64,000 bases of DNA from an uncultured Planctomycetales bacterium. GTDB taxonomy: Bacteria; Omnitrophota; Gorgyraeia; Gygaellales; Profunditerraquicolaceae. Both the position numbers and the translations under genes were made by a program. The stretch is taken from assembly GCA_964545575.1 (NCBI GenBank), contig CAZJFL010000007.1, forward strand, positions 31,848 to 95,847, in the 5' to 3' direction. Under the pieces are notes generated by a model. That model saw nothing but the letters and a program-made list of their open reading frames with translations. It was not told the DNA's origin and did no database searches. Shown here one piece after another: positions 27,491 through 38,797 of the stretch (the stretch's first letter is position 1; each line of letters begins with the position of its first letter).

Positions 27491-28173
27491 AATTCTCTCC
27501 TGATTTCTTGCGCGGCTAAGAGCGGATTTGGCGCTCCCAGTATCGGCCGGCCGACTACGATATAATCTACCCCGGCTCCCGCTGCTGCCGCAGGGGTGGC
27601 GATCCTCTGCTGATCGCCTTTTGCTGCTGCCTTAGGCCTGATACCGGGGGTGACGATAAGAAAATTTTTTCCCAGATGCTTTCGCAATATCACTGCCTCC
27701 TGCACGGAACAGACTACCCCGTCTAAGCCGCATCTTTTAGCCATTTTCGCCAGGTAAAGAACCTCTAGAGCCAACGTCCTTTTAATTTTTAAATCTTTTA
27801 AGAAGTTTGCAGAGATGCTGGTCAAGATAGTCACGCCCAGCGCTTTGGTTTTGCTGCCGCGGCAGGCACTCGCTACTTCTTTTAAAGCCGCCGGCCCGGA
27901 TAAAGTATGCACGGTAAACATCGCCACCTTATGCCTGGCTGCTTCCCTGGCTGCCCCGGCCATAGTATTGGGGATATCATTAAATTTTAAATCCAGGAAA
28001 ACCCCTGAGCCGATTTTACGGATGTCCTGAATGATTTTTGGCCCGCAGGCAGTATAAAGTTGTAGCCCTACTTTAAATATTTTTACCTCCGGGTAGAGTA
28101 ATTTAACCCAGCGCATTGCCTGTTTGTAGTTATCTACGTCTAAAGCCACGATTAATTTAGGATTTTTACTCAT
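27475..28173 (-). CDS. pyrF: Orotidine 5'-phosphate decarboxylase
   Basis: LIVALDV...K...DLKFNDIPNT... Confidence 0.8.
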   Translation of the reverse strand: MSKNPKLIVALDVDNYKQAMRWVKLLYPEVKIFKVGLQLYTACGPKIIQDIRKIGSGVFLDLKFNDIPNTMAGAAREAARHKVAMFTVHTLSGPAALKEVASACRGSKTKALGVTILTSISANFLKDLKIKRTLALEVLYLAKMAKRCGLDGVVCSVQEAVILRKHLGKNFLIVTPGIRPKAAAKGDQQRIATPAAAAGAGVDYIVVGRPILGAPNPLLAAQEIRRELCPKI

Positions 28174-29084
28174 ATTTTTAACGCGCCGATAAGCGCACTG
28201 ATATCTTTGATTTTATTTTGTGCGAGGTATTTTTTTATCCCAATAATAATTTCTACGCTCACTTTAGGATTAATAAAGTTTGCCGTGCCTACGCTGACTG
28301 CGGTTGCTCCGGCGAGGATAAATTCCAGGGCGCTGGAGGCATCCATTATACCACCCATTCCGATAATCGGAATTTTAATTTTCTGCGCTGCCTCCCAGAC
28401 CATGCGCACGGCAACCGGCCGGATAGCCGGGCCGCTTAAGCCGGCGACCCCAAGAGCGATTTTTGGCCTTTTCTTCTCTACATCTATGCTTATGGCAGTG
28501 AAAGTATTAATCAGGGAAACTGCGTCGCTTCCGGCGTTTTGCGCTGCCAAGGCAATATGAGCGATAGAGGTGACATTGGGCGAAAGTTTAGTGATCAAAG
28601 TTTTACGGGTTGCTTTGCGCACTGCGCGCACCAAATTATAAGTCTCCTTTGCATCCTGGGAAATCAACTTGGTGTGCGCAAGGTTAGGGCAAGAGATGTT
28701 CAACTCTATCGCCGCCACTGCTTTGATTTTATCCAAACGCCGGGTGAGAGCAATGAATTCCCGCGGATCCGATTCCGAAGCAATGCTGACGATTACCGGA
28801 ACGCCTGTTTTCTTTAAAACAGGCAGCTTCTCTTTGATAAAAACCTCTAGCCCCGGATTCTCCAGGCCGATGGAATTCAACATCCCGGCCGGCGTCTCGC
28901 AGGTGCGCGGAGGCGGATTACCCTTACGCGGTTTCAAAGTGATGGTTTTAGTGACAATGGCGCCTAATTTTCTTAAGTCCATAAAATCGCGGAACTCTTC
29001 GGCGTAACCAAAAGTCCCGGAGGCCACCATCACCGGATTCTTTAATTTCAGTTTGCCAATATTTACAGAAAGTTTTGACTGCAT
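28170..29084 (-). CDS. pyrD: Dihydroorotate dehydrogenase, catalytic subunit (class 1B)
   Basis: NPVMVASGTFGYAEE... TIM-barrel DHOD, with pyrK nearby. Confidence 0.8.
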   Translation of the reverse strand: MQSKLSVNIGKLKLKNPVMVASGTFGYAEEFRDFMDLRKLGAIVTKTITLKPRKGNPPPRTCETPAGMLNSIGLENPGLEVFIKEKLPVLKKTGVPVIVSIASESDPREFIALTRRLDKIKAVAAIELNISCPNLAHTKLISQDAKETYNLVRAVRKATRKTLITKLSPNVTSIAHIALAAQNAGSDAVSLINTFTAISIDVEKKRPKIALGVAGLSGPAIRPVAVRMVWEAAQKIKIPIIGMGGIMDASSALEFILAGATAVSVGTANFINPKVSVEIIIGIKKYLAQNKIKDISALIGALKI

Positions 29085-29085
29085 A

Positions 29086-29472
29086 TTATTTAGTTAAAAT
29101 CATCCTCAGGGAAATGAAAAGCAAAAATATACCGAACAATCTTTTTAACAGCGCATCCGGTAGCCCCTGAATAAGGTTGGCGCCCAATAGGCCTCCGATA
29201 AAAAACCCCAAGCAGATAAAACCAGCCATGCCTATTTTTACATTACCGCTATAGTAATAGCGCAGCGCCGCTAATAACCCGATGGGCGGGACCATAATCG
29301 CCAAAGTCGTGCCCTGCGCCTGATGCTGGGTTAAGCCAAAGATGAACACCAGCGCCGGAATCAAGATCGTCCCTCCTCCGATGCCAAAGATACCGCTGAA
29401 TATTCCGGCCACTATTCCTAAAACAACATATAACACTACGTTCATTTCTTCCTCCCTAAAAGCTCGGTTCAA
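29086..29472 (-). CDS. Half-size TauE/SafE (TSUP)-like membrane protein
   Basis: A 128-aa, 4-TM unit with GIGGGTILIPALVF. Confidence 0.45.
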   Translation of the reverse strand: MNRAFREEEMNVVLYVVLGIVAGIFSGIFGIGGGTILIPALVFIFGLTQHQAQGTTLAIMVPPIGLLAALRYYYSGNVKIGMAGFICLGFFIGGLLGANLIQGLPDALLKRLFGIFLLFISLRMILTK

Positions 29473-30607
29473 TACAGAGTATTTTATATTTTGCGAAATC
29501 CTTTAATCCGCCCTTGATAAAACTTAAGTTAGTCAAATACTTCATCTTCGCCCAGGTCCAAAACTCACTCTTGGGCTCCATCCCAAAGTTCCACTTTACG
29601 TATTGGTAAGCAAAATAGGCGGTCAGCAATAAAGCGGCGGCGCTCAAAACCAACCAGAATAACCCCGGCCAGATAAAACTAAATATTGCCCCTAAGATAA
29701 ACAAAAGGCCGAATAGATGCATCAAGTGAAAATTCCCTAAATAGATAAAGCCCCTGACGGGAAACGGCATCACAAAGGATGGGCCACCTTTTAAAAATTG
29801 TAAGACTATCTCTAATCCCTTTTTCTTGACATATTTATCGATCAGAGGCAGGTGCGCCTGGCCATAGGTAACCCAGACTTTCAGCAGCGCTTTTAAGTCT
29901 GCCCGGTGCATATGGTCAACTTTGGCTTTGGGCGCAAAGTAAAACTTATAGCCGCGACTTCTCATCTCATAACTTAAATTCATATCTTCGCCTGTAGGCC
30001 TATCCCAGAACTTTACTCCGGTTTCATCCAGCACCTTTTTTCGATATGCCACATTACAGGTGCCGAAAAAATAAGCCCGGTGCCCTCCGATATCCACCGG
30101 ATTAGGGCTCTTAGGGAACTCCGGGTAATAACCTTCTTTAATAAATCCGTAGCGCGGTGAAACCATATTAAACCTAAAATGCTGGCACCAAGCCTCGACT
30201 AAATTATTAGGATCGACTTTTAAAGTATAAATTTCCCCGCCGACGGTAGAGATCTTTTCATCACGCTGGAAGTGCCCAAGCATCTCATTGATCCAATCGG
30301 GGCAGGGCGCGCAATCGGCGTCGGTAAAGAATAAAAAGTCCCCCTTCACCACTTCCAGGGCTTTGTTGCGGGCAAACCCGGGAGAAGGGCAATTGGGAAC
30401 TTCTACTAATTTAATAAAGGGGTATTTTTGCTGCCAGTTCTTGATGATTTCGATGGTCTTGTCGGTTGAGCCGCCGTCGGCAATTACCCATTCCCATCTT
30501 TCATGCGGATAATCTACTTTAAGCAGGTATTGGAAAGTCTTCTCGATAGTGCGCTCAAAGTTCTTGACCGGGATGATAATCGAAACAAAAGGCTTCTCGG
30601 ACATCAC
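29456..30607 (-). CDS. Family 2 glycosyltransferase with C-terminal TM segments
   Basis: VSIIIPVKN...ADGGSTDKT...FFTDADC. Confidence 0.65.
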   Translation of the reverse strand: MMSEKPFVSIIIPVKNFERTIEKTFQYLLKVDYPHERWEWVIADGGSTDKTIEIIKNWQQKYPFIKLVEVPNCPSPGFARNKALEVVKGDFLFFTDADCAPCPDWINEMLGHFQRDEKISTVGGEIYTLKVDPNNLVEAWCQHFRFNMVSPRYGFIKEGYYPEFPKSPNPVDIGGHRAYFFGTCNVAYRKKVLDETGVKFWDRPTGEDMNLSYEMRSRGYKFYFAPKAKVDHMHRADLKALLKVWVTYGQAHLPLIDKYVKKKGLEIVLQFLKGGPSFVMPFPVRGFIYLGNFHLMHLFGLLFILGAIFSFIWPGLFWLVLSAAALLLTAYFAYQYVKWNFGMEPKSEFWTWAKMKYLTNLSFIKGGLKDFAKYKILCIEPSF

Positions 30608-30655
30608 AATCCTCCTTCACAATGTAAACGCCAATCTATCCGATAAGATTGGGCG

Positions 30656-31441
30656 TTAACGCCAAATTATCTCATCCGCACAAAATACCGGGCCTTCTTT
30701 ACAGACCCGCTGGAAACCCGCTTTGGTATTTACGACGCAGCCAAGGCATGCCCCGATACCGCAACTCATATGTTCTTCAAGAGAAACCTGGGCCGGGATT
30801 CTATAATTTTTAGAGATTTTTGAAATCTCTTTTAGCATCGGGCGCGGGCCGCAGGCATAGATTGCTAATCGCTTATTGCTAATCGCTAATCGCAAAAAAC
30901 TGTTTAATAAATCTGCGGCTTTGCCCTTAAAACCCCGGGAGCCGTCATCGGTAGCTATTTTAACACTACAGCCCAATTTCTTAAACTCTTTTTCGCATAA
31001 GACCTGCTCCTTTGACCTAGCCCCGATTAAAACTTGTGACTTATTGAGCCTCTCAGCGAGGAATAATAAAGGCGCTACCCCCATGCCGCCTGCCACCAAA
31101 ATCGGTGTTCGGTGTTCGGTGTTCGCTGCTCGGTAATCAAAGCCATTGCCCAACGGTCCTAATATATCCAGGAACTCCCCGGATTTTCTCTGAGATAAAA
31201 TCTTGGTAGCCGGGCCCAGCACTTCATAAAGAAGAAAGATATTCGCGCCGCTTACCCGGTGTATGCCTAGCGGCCTTCTTAAAAGCGGCTGGCAGCTATC
31301 CGATACTTTTACCTGCACAAACTGTCCGGGATAAGCTGCCCGGCTGATGCCGCCGGCGGCTAAAATCATTTCAAAATAGGCAGAGCCTACTTTTTTATTG
31401 GCGACAATCTTAGCCTTTTGCTGCAGTATCTTTTTTCTCAT
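30656..31441 (-). CDS. pyrK: Dihydroorotate dehydrogenase electron-transfer subunit
   Basis: FAD/NAD-binding fold with a C-terminal 2Fe-2S Cys cluster (CGIGACLGC). Contains in-frame short tandem DNA repeats at 30862-30900 and 31095-31135. Confidence 0.75.
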   Translation of the reverse strand: MRKKILQQKAKIVANKKVGSAYFEMILAAGGISRAAYPGQFVQVKVSDSCQPLLRRPLGIHRVSGANIFLLYEVLGPATKILSQRKSGEFLDILGPLGNGFDYRAANTEHRTPILVAGGMGVAPLLFLAERLNKSQVLIGARSKEQVLCEKEFKKLGCSVKIATDDGSRGFKGKAADLLNSFLRLAISNKRLAIYACGPRPMLKEISKISKNYRIPAQVSLEEHMSCGIGACLGCVVNTKAGFQRVCKEGPVFCADEIIWR

Positions 31442-32084
31442 GGAATACCGTATAAATAATGGCTGCTAAAACTACTATCACCAAAAACACTCTGAACGCC
31501 CCGCTTCCTTGCCAAATTTTAATTGCCATAATAAATGCGACGGCGGCGGCCAAAGAACCAATCTCTTTCTTGAGCCATATTTTTTTAAAAGCCAGACTTT
31601 CGCGTAAGTCTGTCTTAAACCAAGCCGGGACAGTGGGAAATAATCTCGGGGTTTTTTTGCAGTATGCTTGATAATCCTGGCCAAAGCGCTGGGATAAAAT
31701 TTGCTCTTCATGCCTTATCTGAGGCATGTATATCCATAAAAATACGGCGAGGAAAATAAAATTTATCCACCAGGCAAAAAGCGCCAGAATAATACCCAAG
31801 CCGATTAATAAGGTGCCCAAATACATCGGGTTACGGATCAACCGATAAGGCCCGCTGATCACCAGCCTTTTACTTTCCAGAGACATCTCTGCTTTATAGC
31901 CTCTGGCTGCAATACGCAATAAAAATCCCAATAAGAATAAACCCGCGCCAAATCCGTCTATAAATCTAGAGAGTATGCTATTTTGGGGCTGGCGGAATAA
32001 AAACTTAGAGAATAAAAAAGAGAGCGCTATGGCTACAAAAATCAGAAATCCCTGTATTTTTATTCTCTTTTTCATTTCTGGCAC
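31410..32084 (-). CDS. Isoprenylcysteine carboxyl methyltransferase (ICMT/PEMT) family membrane protein
   Basis: GPYRLIRNPMYLG... Confidence 0.55.
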   Translation of the reverse strand: MPEMKKRIKIQGFLIFVAIALSFLFSKFLFRQPQNSILSRFIDGFGAGLFLLGFLLRIAARGYKAEMSLESKRLVISGPYRLIRNPMYLGTLLIGLGIILALFAWWINFIFLAVFLWIYMPQIRHEEQILSQRFGQDYQAYCKKTPRLFPTVPAWFKTDLRESLAFKKIWLKKEIGSLAAAVAFIMAIKIWQGSGAFRVFLVIVVLAAIIYTVFHEKKDTAAKG

Positions 32085-32872
32085 TTAGGGCAGAAATACG
32101 TACCCCTGCCCCCTAAGGCTGTCCTCTTAATCGGGGTTTTACAGACTAAACAGGGTTTACCTTGGCGATCGTAAACCTTATGAAACTTTACATAAGCCCC
32201 CGGCTCACCGGTTAATTGCACGTATTGGTCAACCGAAGAACCTTTATATTTTATCGCCTCAAGCAGTGTATCCTTTATTTCCTTAAAAAGCCGCTCTTTT
32301 TCTTTCTTGGAAAGAGAGTTGGCCCGCCTTTCCGGATTAATTTTGGCGCGGAAGAGCGCTTCTGCGGCATAGAGATTACCGATGCCGGAAATAAAGGTCT
32401 GGTCCATTAAAAGCGGCTTAATTTTGCTTTTCTTGGTACTGAGCATCTCTTTAAAGGCATCTGTGCTGATATCAAACGGCTCCGGGCCTAACCCTTGAAT
32501 AAACTTTAAAGAGCGCCAATCATCCATCAGGCGTAGTTCCGCAAATAAACGCTGGTCGTTAAAATCTAGGGTTTTACCGTCGGATAAATGAAAAATTACC
32601 CTCGCCTGTTTACCATTTCCCGGATAGACGAGCTGGCCGGTCATTTTTAAATGTATCACCAGAGACTTGCCATTGGATAACTCAAAGATTAAGACCTTGG
32701 CCTTACGCAGAATATTCTTTATAGTTACCCCGGCTAGACCTTGCTTGAATTTATCTGCCGAGGGCTGACGGATCACCTTGGGGTTCTTTACCGAGACTGC
32801 GGTAATTTTTTTACCCAAGACCGCTTTTTCTAATTCGCGCTTGACGGTTTCAACTTCCGGCAGTTCGGGCAT
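32072..32872 (-). CDS. mutM: Formamidopyrimidine-DNA glycosylase
   Basis: N-terminal MPELPEVE and a C-terminal zinc finger CxxC...CxxC. Confidence 0.85.
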   Translation of the reverse strand: MPELPEVETVKRELEKAVLGKKITAVSVKNPKVIRQPSADKFKQGLAGVTIKNILRKAKVLIFELSNGKSLVIHLKMTGQLVYPGNGKQARVIFHLSDGKTLDFNDQRLFAELRLMDDWRSLKFIQGLGPEPFDISTDAFKEMLSTKKSKIKPLLMDQTFISGIGNLYAAEALFRAKINPERRANSLSKKEKERLFKEIKDTLLEAIKYKGSSVDQYVQLTGEPGAYVKFHKVYDRQGKPCLVCKTPIKRTALGGRGTYFCPKCQK

Positions 32873-32875
32873 AAT

Positions 32876-33271
32876 TTAACCTTCTAAGACTTTAATCCAG
32901 ACCTCTCTTGTTCGGGGGCCGTCGCCCTCGCAGAAATATATCCCCTGCCAGGTGCCCAGCGCCAATTGCCCATCCTCGATAAAAATAGTCAGCGCTGAAC
33001 CAAAAAGAGAAGATTTTATATGGCTGTCGGCATTGCCTTCGCTGTGCGCATAACCGGCGCCGGCGGGAATAATTTTACTTAATGTATTGATAATATCGCG
33101 CCTAACCGAGGGGTCGGCATTCTCATTGATGGTCAGGCCGGCGGTGGTGTGCGGGCAAAATATAAAACAGACGCCGTCTTTGATTTTGCTTTTGGAAACT
33201 ACCGCCTGAACTTTATCAGTAATATCGATTAAATCAACCCGGCTATTTGTTTTTAGGCTTATTCTTTCCAC
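32876..33271 (-). CDS. YjbQ-family secondary thiamine-phosphate synthase-like protein (UPF0047)
   Basis: [14 protein letters not shown]. Confidence 0.7.
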   Translation of the reverse strand: MERISLKTNSRVDLIDITDKVQAVVSKSKIKDGVCFIFCPHTTAGLTINENADPSVRRDIINTLSKIIPAGAGYAHSEGNADSHIKSSLFGSALTIFIEDGQLALGTWQGIYFCEGDGPRTREVWIKVLEG

Positions 33272-36200
33272 GTTTTAATCCTTCTTTATGATATTTTTGT
33301 AACGATTTTACCTCCAGGCCTTTTTTCGCCAGCGCCTCTATACCGTTGGTGGTTGCCTGCGCTCCGGAAATCGTAGTGGTATAAGGGATATTGTATAAAA
33401 TAACCGCGGAGCGGATTTTTACTTCGTCTTCGCGCGGAATCCTTCCCGAAGGAGTATTAATCACTAACTGAATCTTTCCGTCCTTCATCAGGTCGATGAT
33501 ATTAGGCCTGCCTTCGGCGATCTTATTCAGCACTTTTACGTCAATACCGTTTTTCCCCAGGGCAGAAGCGGTCCCGACAGTCGCATAAATATGGAACCCT
33601 AAATCCTCTAATTTTTTAGCGATAAAGGCTACCGGCCGCTTATCTCTATCGCGTACTGAGATAAAGACGTTCCCTTTAACGGGAACTTTTTGGCCGGCGG
33701 CAATCTGGCTTTTGATGTAAGCGTGGGCAAAATCTTTATCAATGCCCATTACCTCTCCGGTAGATTTCATCTCCGGCCCCAAAATCACATCTACTCCCGG
33801 GAAGCGGTTAAAAGGAAATACCGACTCTTTCACTGCTACGTGCGCAGGAATAATCTCTTTGGTAAAACCTAAATCCTTTAATTTCTTGCCCAGCATCACT
33901 TTGGTGGCTAAATTTGCCAGAGGCACTCCGATGACCTTAGAGACCAGGGGCACGGTCCGAGAAGCGCGCGGGTTGACCTCTAAAACATAAACTTTTTCGT
34001 CCTTCACCGCATATTGCACATTCATTAACCCCACCACATTTAATTCTTTCCCCATCTTAACAGTAGAATCTCTGATTTCATCCAGGATTTTTTGCGATAA
34101 AGTATAGGTGGGCAGCGCCATCGCCGAATCTCCGGAGTGGATCCCCGCCTCTTCAATATGCTCCATGATCCCGCCGATGACATAAGTTTGGCCGTCTCCG
34201 ATCATATCCACATCCACCTCAATGGCATCCTCTAAGAACTTATCAATCAAGACCGGATGCTCGCCGGAAACCGCCACCGCCTCCTTGATGAATTTTTCCA
34301 AATTACTTTCATCATAGACTATTTCCATCGCCCGGCCGCCTAAAACATAGGAAGGCCGCACCAATACCGGATAGCCGATTTTACGCGCTACCTCTTTTGC
34401 CTCTTGGAAGGTAAAGGCAGTGCCGTTATCCGGCTGCAGCAGATTCAGCTTATGCAGCATCTGCTTAAAGCGTTTGCGGTCTTCGGCAATATCGATACTA
34501 TCCGCGCTAGTCCCGAGCAAATTCACCCCGGCTTTTCTTAAAGGGATGGCTAAGTTCAACGGGGTCTGGCCTCCGAATTGCACAATCACCCCCATGGGTT
34601 TTTCTACTTCAATAATATTCAATACGTCCTCCACCGTAACCGGCTCAAAGTATAACCTGTCCGAAGTATCGTAGTCGGTAGAGACTGTCTCGGGGTTACA
34701 GTTAACCATGATACTATCAATGCCTTCCTCTTTTAAGGCGTATGCCGCATGGCAGCAGCAATAATCAAATTCAATACCCTGCCCGATCCTGTTCGGGCCG
34801 CCGCCTAAAATCACCACTTTTTTATTTTTACTCGGCCGGGCCTCCTGCTGGGTCTCGCGGGTAGAGTAAAAATAAGGCTGCTTGGCGGCGAACTCTCCGG
34901 CACAGGTATCCACTAATTTGTAAACCGGATTTTTATTCTGCTTTTTAGCGAATTTACGCACCACCTCCTCTTTGGAGTTCAGTAAAAATGCCAGCTGCCG
35001 GTCGGAAAAACCGTCTGCCTTGGCTTGTGCGTATAATTCAGGCGGCATATCGATATCCTGGTCTATTTTCGCGTTGCGGAATCTCTTGACCTGTTCTTCC
35101 ATTTCGGTCAACTGTTTCATATTATCCAGAAACCACTTGTCAATTTTGGAAAGCTGGTATATCTCATCCAGCGACAAGCCAGCCTTCAGGCCGTAGCGGA
35201 TATAAAATAATCTTTCATCGTTGGGGATGCGGATTTTGTCTTTGATCGCCTTAAGCAGCCCGTTCTCGGGGTTTTTCAGCATCTCGTCTGTGATTTTATC
35301 CTTACCGTCGGCGCCGAAACCGAAGCGGGAAATTTCAATCGAACGGATGCCTTTCTGAAAGGCCTCCTTGAAATTCCTGCCGATAGACATCGCCTCGCCC
35401 ACTGCCTTCATCGAAGTATTCAGCACCCGCTCTGTGCGGGGAAATTTTTCAAAGGTAAACCTGCAGATCTTAAAGACACAGTAATCTACGGTCGGCTCAA
35501 AAAAAGAAGTGGTCTTGCCGGTGATCTGGTTCATCACTTCCGGAAGGGTGAGCCCCACGGCTAATTTTGTCGCTACTCTGGCAATGGGAAAACCGGTGGC
35601 TTTGGAGGCCAAAGCAGAAGAACGTGAAAGCCGCGGGTTAACTTCAATAATCACGATGCGACCGTTTTCCGGGTTTTGCGCAAACTGAATATTGGCCCCG
35701 CCGCCGTTGACCCCCACCCGGCGGATGATCCGCTTAGATAAGTTCACAAAATTAGTGTATTCTTCCGCAGTCAAAGTCTGCGCCGGGGCAACCACGATGC
35801 TGTCTCCGGTATGTACACCCATGGGATCAACATTTTCCATGGAAGTGATCATAATCACGTTATCGGCCGAATCACGCATCACTTCAAATTCGATTTCTTT
35901 CCAGCCTAAAACCGACTGTTCCACTAAAACCTGATGTACCGGGCTAGTCTCCAGGCCTTTAGCAAGAAATTTTTCCAGCTCTTCTTTGTTGTAGGCAGTA
36001 GCTCCGCCGCTCCCGCCAAGACAATAAGCCGGACGTAAAATCAGGGGGAAACCGATATTTAGGCCGATTTTTATACCTTCTTCGACCGTGGTAGCAATGC
36101 CGCTTTTGGGCACATCTACTCCGATCTCCTGCATCGCCTTTTTGAAAAGCTTGCGGTCTTCGGCGCAGGCTATCGCCTCTACGGGCGCGCCTATAGATTC

Positions 36201-36539
36201 TACGCCGTATTTTTTTAGCACTCCCTGCTTCATTAGAAAGAAAGCTAAATTAAGCCCGGTCTGACCTCCCAGGGTGGGTAAGATAGCGTCCGGCCTTTCT
36301 TTGGCGATGATTTTAGTGACCATCTCTACGGTCAGCGGCTCTATATAGGTCACATCTGCCATCCCCGGATCGGTCATAATCGTGGCCGGGTTAGAATTAA
36401 CCAGAATGGTAAAATATCCTTCTTCTCTTAAGGCCTTGCAAGCCTGGGAGCCGGAATAATCAAATTCACAGGCCTGTCCAATAATAATCGGGCCTGAGCC
36501 AATCATTAAAACTTTTTTGATGTCTTTGCGTCTGGGCAT
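33243..36539 (-). CDS. carB: Carbamoyl-phosphate synthase large subunit
   Basis: 1098 aa with duplicated ATP-grasp halves and an MGS domain. Confidence 0.95.
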   Translation of the reverse strand: MPRRKDIKKVLMIGSGPIIIGQACEFDYSGSQACKALREEGYFTILVNSNPATIMTDPGMADVTYIEPLTVEMVTKIIAKERPDAILPTLGGQTGLNLAFFLMKQGVLKKYGVESIGAPVEAIACAEDRKLFKKAMQEIGVDVPKSGIATTVEEGIKIGLNIGFPLILRPAYCLGGSGGATAYNKEELEKFLAKGLETSPVHQVLVEQSVLGWKEIEFEVMRDSADNVIMITSMENVDPMGVHTGDSIVVAPAQTLTAEEYTNFVNLSKRIIRRVGVNGGGANIQFAQNPENGRIVIIEVNPRLSRSSALASKATGFPIARVATKLAVGLTLPEVMNQITGKTTSFFEPTVDYCVFKICRFTFEKFPRTERVLNTSMKAVGEAMSIGRNFKEAFQKGIRSIEISRFGFGADGKDKITDEMLKNPENGLLKAIKDKIRIPNDERLFYIRYGLKAGLSLDEIYQLSKIDKWFLDNMKQLTEMEEQVKRFRNAKIDQDIDMPPELYAQAKADGFSDRQLAFLLNSKEEVVRKFAKKQNKNPVYKLVDTCAGEFAAKQPYFYSTRETQQEARPSKNKKVVILGGGPNRIGQGIEFDYCCCHAAYALKEEGIDSIMVNCNPETVSTDYDTSDRLYFEPVTVEDVLNIIEVEKPMGVIVQFGGQTPLNLAIPLRKAGVNLLGTSADSIDIAEDRKRFKQMLHKLNLLQPDNGTAFTFQEAKEVARKIGYPVLVRPSYVLGGRAMEIVYDESNLEKFIKEAVAVSGEHPVLIDKFLEDAIEVDVDMIGDGQTYVIGGIMEHIEEAGIHSGDSAMALPTYTLSQKILDEIRDSTVKMGKELNVVGLMNVQYAVKDEKVYVLEVNPRASRTVPLVSKVIGVPLANLATKVMLGKKLKDLGFTKEIIPAHVAVKESVFPFNRFPGVDVILGPEMKSTGEVMGIDKDFAHAYIKSQIAAGQKVPVKGNVFISVRDRDKRPVAFIAKKLEDLGFHIYATVGTASALGKNGIDVKVLNKIAEGRPNIIDLMKDGKIQLVINTPSGRIPREDEVKIRSAVILYNIPYTTTISGAQATTNGIEALAKKGLEVKSLQKYHKEGLKRGKNKPKNK

Positions 36540-36550
36540 GGTTATTCTCC

Positions 36551-37639
36551 TTATAACATTTTAGTGAATTTTTTTAAGGCGCTGTTTACCTCATTGAACC
36601 CGGGCGAGGCCGGACAATACTGTAGCCCCATAATTTTAAGTTTTTTGCTCTCTATTTCCTCAACGCTACGGTCATTCAGATTATAGCCGGTAATTTTTAC
36701 TGCTTTAATTTTGTTGAGCGAATCTCTGTCCACCACAAAGGCATGGTTCTGCACCGTGATTTCGCCCTTGTAGGACGCAGGATGCGCCATAGGATAATTT
36801 ACTCCGCGGTGCCCCAGCCTCATCTTGACGATTTTTGCCCCTAAGGCACGCGCTAAAACCTGATGCCCGGTAGAAATTCCCAGTATCGGCAGCCGCCCAA
36901 TCAGCGGTTTAAGGTTATCTGCCACCTCTTCCAAAGCAACATCTTCCTCTGGTCCGCCAGATATAATCAGGCCATCCGGCTTCAGGCGCGCTATCTCTTG
37001 CGCTTTGGTATTATAAGGCAACAGCACCAGGCCCAAGCCCAGCGTTTCCAGCTGGTTAATAGTGCTTTGCGTTACTCCCAAATCCAAAACCGCGATTTTG
37101 CGTCTGGCTTTTTTTGCGCCCAGATGTTCGGGCTTAGCCACGGAAATTTCCGGCAATAAACTTTTTTGTTTTTCTTTACGGAAATTACTTATTTTGGCGA
37201 AAAGGCTTTTTGCTTCCAAGTCGCGCACGGAAATAATCCCGAGCATCTCTCCCTTTTGTCTTAAGTGTACGGCTAAGGTCCGGGTGTCTATTCCGGCCAA
37301 GACAGGAAGTTTATTTTCCTTAATAAAATCGTCGAAGCTCTGTTTAGCCTGCCAGTTAGAGTAGATGCGGGATTTCTCCTTGATCACCAGACCTGCCAAC
37401 CATACGCGTTTTGACTGGTTAAATTTAGGCGCGCAGCCGTAATTTCCGATTAAAGGATAAGTAAGCACCAGAATTTTCCCCGCGTTTGCCGGATCAGTCA
37501 TCATCTCCTGATAACCCACCACCGCGGTATTTAAAATCACTGCCCCGATAGCCTCGGCAGTTGCTCCCAGGCTTTCGCCGCTAAAAATCTTACCGTCTTC
37601 CAACATTAAGACTGCTTTCATTTCTTCTCCTTTGCCCAT
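36551..37639 (-). CDS. carA: Carbamoyl-phosphate synthase small (glutaminase) subunit
   Basis: A class-I glutamine amidotransferase (GATase) domain preceded by the CPSase small-subunit N-terminal domain. Confidence 0.9.
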   Translation of the reverse strand: MGKGEEMKAVLMLEDGKIFSGESLGATAEAIGAVILNTAVVGYQEMMTDPANAGKILVLTYPLIGNYGCAPKFNQSKRVWLAGLVIKEKSRIYSNWQAKQSFDDFIKENKLPVLAGIDTRTLAVHLRQKGEMLGIISVRDLEAKSLFAKISNFRKEKQKSLLPEISVAKPEHLGAKKARRKIAVLDLGVTQSTINQLETLGLGLVLLPYNTKAQEIARLKPDGLIISGGPEEDVALEEVADNLKPLIGRLPILGISTGHQVLARALGAKIVKMRLGHRGVNYPMAHPASYKGEITVQNHAFVVDRDSLNKIKAVKITGYNLNDRSVEEIESKKLKIMGLQYCPASPGFNEVNSALKKFTKML

Positions 37640-38129
37640 ACCATAAAGCGCGGTCTTGATCCAGATTTAACTTCTCTTTCTTTAATGCCTCTTTTACCTT
37701 TTTTACCGCTTGATCCACTGTCTTGACTTTGATCACTCCCTTAATATCCCAGGAGCCTAAACTGATTACCGGGATGCCAAATTGCAGGCAGTAAGCCACT
37801 TCGGAAAGCGTTCCTGCTTCTCCCGGAAGCGCCACTACCGCATCCGCTGCCTTCACTACCAACACGTTTCTCGCTAAACCCAAGCCCGTAGGAAGGGGAA
37901 TATCCACAAAATCATTAGCATCGCTTTTGCTGTAACTCGGTATAATACCTATAGTTAGACCACCGGCGACCTTAAAACCCTGACAAACTGCCTCCATGGT
38001 ACCACTTAAGCCCCCTGAAACCAGCACATCCGCCACTTTAGCCAGTTTTTTGCCTAAATCGTGGGCTAATCGCTCCACCTCTTCCGTACATTCCCTACCG
38101 CCAATGACGCTGACAATCTTTTTACGCAT
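37590..38129 (-). CDS. TIGR00725 / LOG-like Rossmann-fold nucleotide-binding protein
   Basis: IVSVIGG...VVSGGLSGTMEAV...PGEAGTLSE. The start was moved to the MRKKIV Met at 38129, because the longer ORF would run through the repeat element and into tRNA-Arg. Confidence 0.6.
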   Translation of the reverse strand: MRKKIVSVIGGRECTEEVERLAHDLGKKLAKVADVLVSGGLSGTMEAVCQGFKVAGGLTIGIIPSYSKSDANDFVDIPLPTGLGLARNVLVVKAADAVVALPGEAGTLSEVAYCLQFGIPVISLGSWDIKGVIKVKTVDQAVKKVKEALKKEKLNLDQDRALWYGQRRRNESSLNVGRR

Positions 38130-38155
38130 CTCCCGCACAACCCTTATCTTGTCGC

Positions 38156-38230
38156 GGGACAGTCCCCGCAGGAGGCGGGGCACCAAACCATCCGATAGGT
38201 TTGGGTGCCTAACCCTTCGGGGACAGTCCC
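38156..38230. repeat. Two-hairpin ~50-nt repeat element, copy 2, flanked by palindromic GGGACAGTCCC direct repeats
   Basis: gggacagtCCCCGCAGGAGGCGGGGCACCAAACCATCCGATAGGTTTGGGTGCCTAACCcttcggggacagtccc. Confidence 0.55.
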
Positions 38231-38251
38231 TAGCTGCAGTACGTATTATAA

Positions 38252-38326
38252 TGGTGCGCCTGGTGGGAATCGAACCCACACACCCAGCTCCGGAGGCTGG
38301 TGCCCTATCCATTGGGCCACAGGCGC
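38252..38326 (-). tRNA. tRNA-Arg (anticodon CCG)
   Basis: The reverse complement reads GCGCCTGTGGCCCAATGGATAGGGCACCAGCCTCCGGAGCTGG...GGTTCGATTCCCACCAGGCGCACCA. CCA is encoded. Confidence 0.85.
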
Positions 38327-38796
38327 GTCAATTCCTTGATCTTAGAGAAAACGAATTCCTTATTTTTAACTTTGCCGGCCGGCACAGAAAAGCGCTTAAA
38401 ACTGACGGCTCCTTTTGGGGCTAAAATCTCCTGCATGGCATCCGCGCAACGCTTATCTCCTGACCCGCCGGAGGTAGTAAACAGAATTACCTCTTTACCT
38501 CCCAAGCCACTGCATTTATCCAGGCATGCCCACATTGCCGGGGTCGGGCCAAAAGCCCAGACCGGTGTACCGAAACAAACTAAATCATAAGCGGAAAAAT
38601 CCAAACTTGTTTCTTCCAGAACCGCCCTTATTTTTTTCAGCGCCCGACGTCCCTGCAGAAAGAAGTTTTTAGGCTCATCTGTAGGTTTCAATTCCTTAAG
38701 CTCTACCTCGCCTTTTTCTGTCAAGATGTCCATTAAAAACCTGGCTATTCTTCTGGTATTTCCGCTATAAGAATAATAAATAATTACGCTTTTCAT
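38305..38796 (-). CDS. Flavodoxin-family protein
   Basis: MKSVIIYYSYSGNTRRIA. The 3' end overlaps the tRNA-Arg 5' end by about 20 nt. Confidence 0.6.
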   Translation of the reverse strand: MKSVIIYYSYSGNTRRIARFLMDILTEKGEVELKELKPTDEPKNFFLQGRRALKKIRAVLEETSLDFSAYDLVCFGTPVWAFGPTPAMWACLDKCSGLGGKEVILFTTSGGSGDKRCADAMQEILAPKGAVSFKRFSVPAGKVKNKEFVFSKIKELTRLWPNG

Positions 38797-38797
38797 T

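Noticed and set aside
37590-38312. Long 240-aa form of the LOG-like ORF
   Set aside because: The N-terminal 61 codons would read through the repeat element and into tRNA-Arg. The conserved TIGR00725-like domain begins at the internal Met (38129), which is preceded by a plausible spacing.
38156-38326. The repeat element as an attL/attR-type duplication of the tRNA-Arg 3' end
   Set aside because: The element shows no similarity to the 3' half of the adjacent tRNA-Arg, and a copy occurs inside a coding sequence far from any tRNA.
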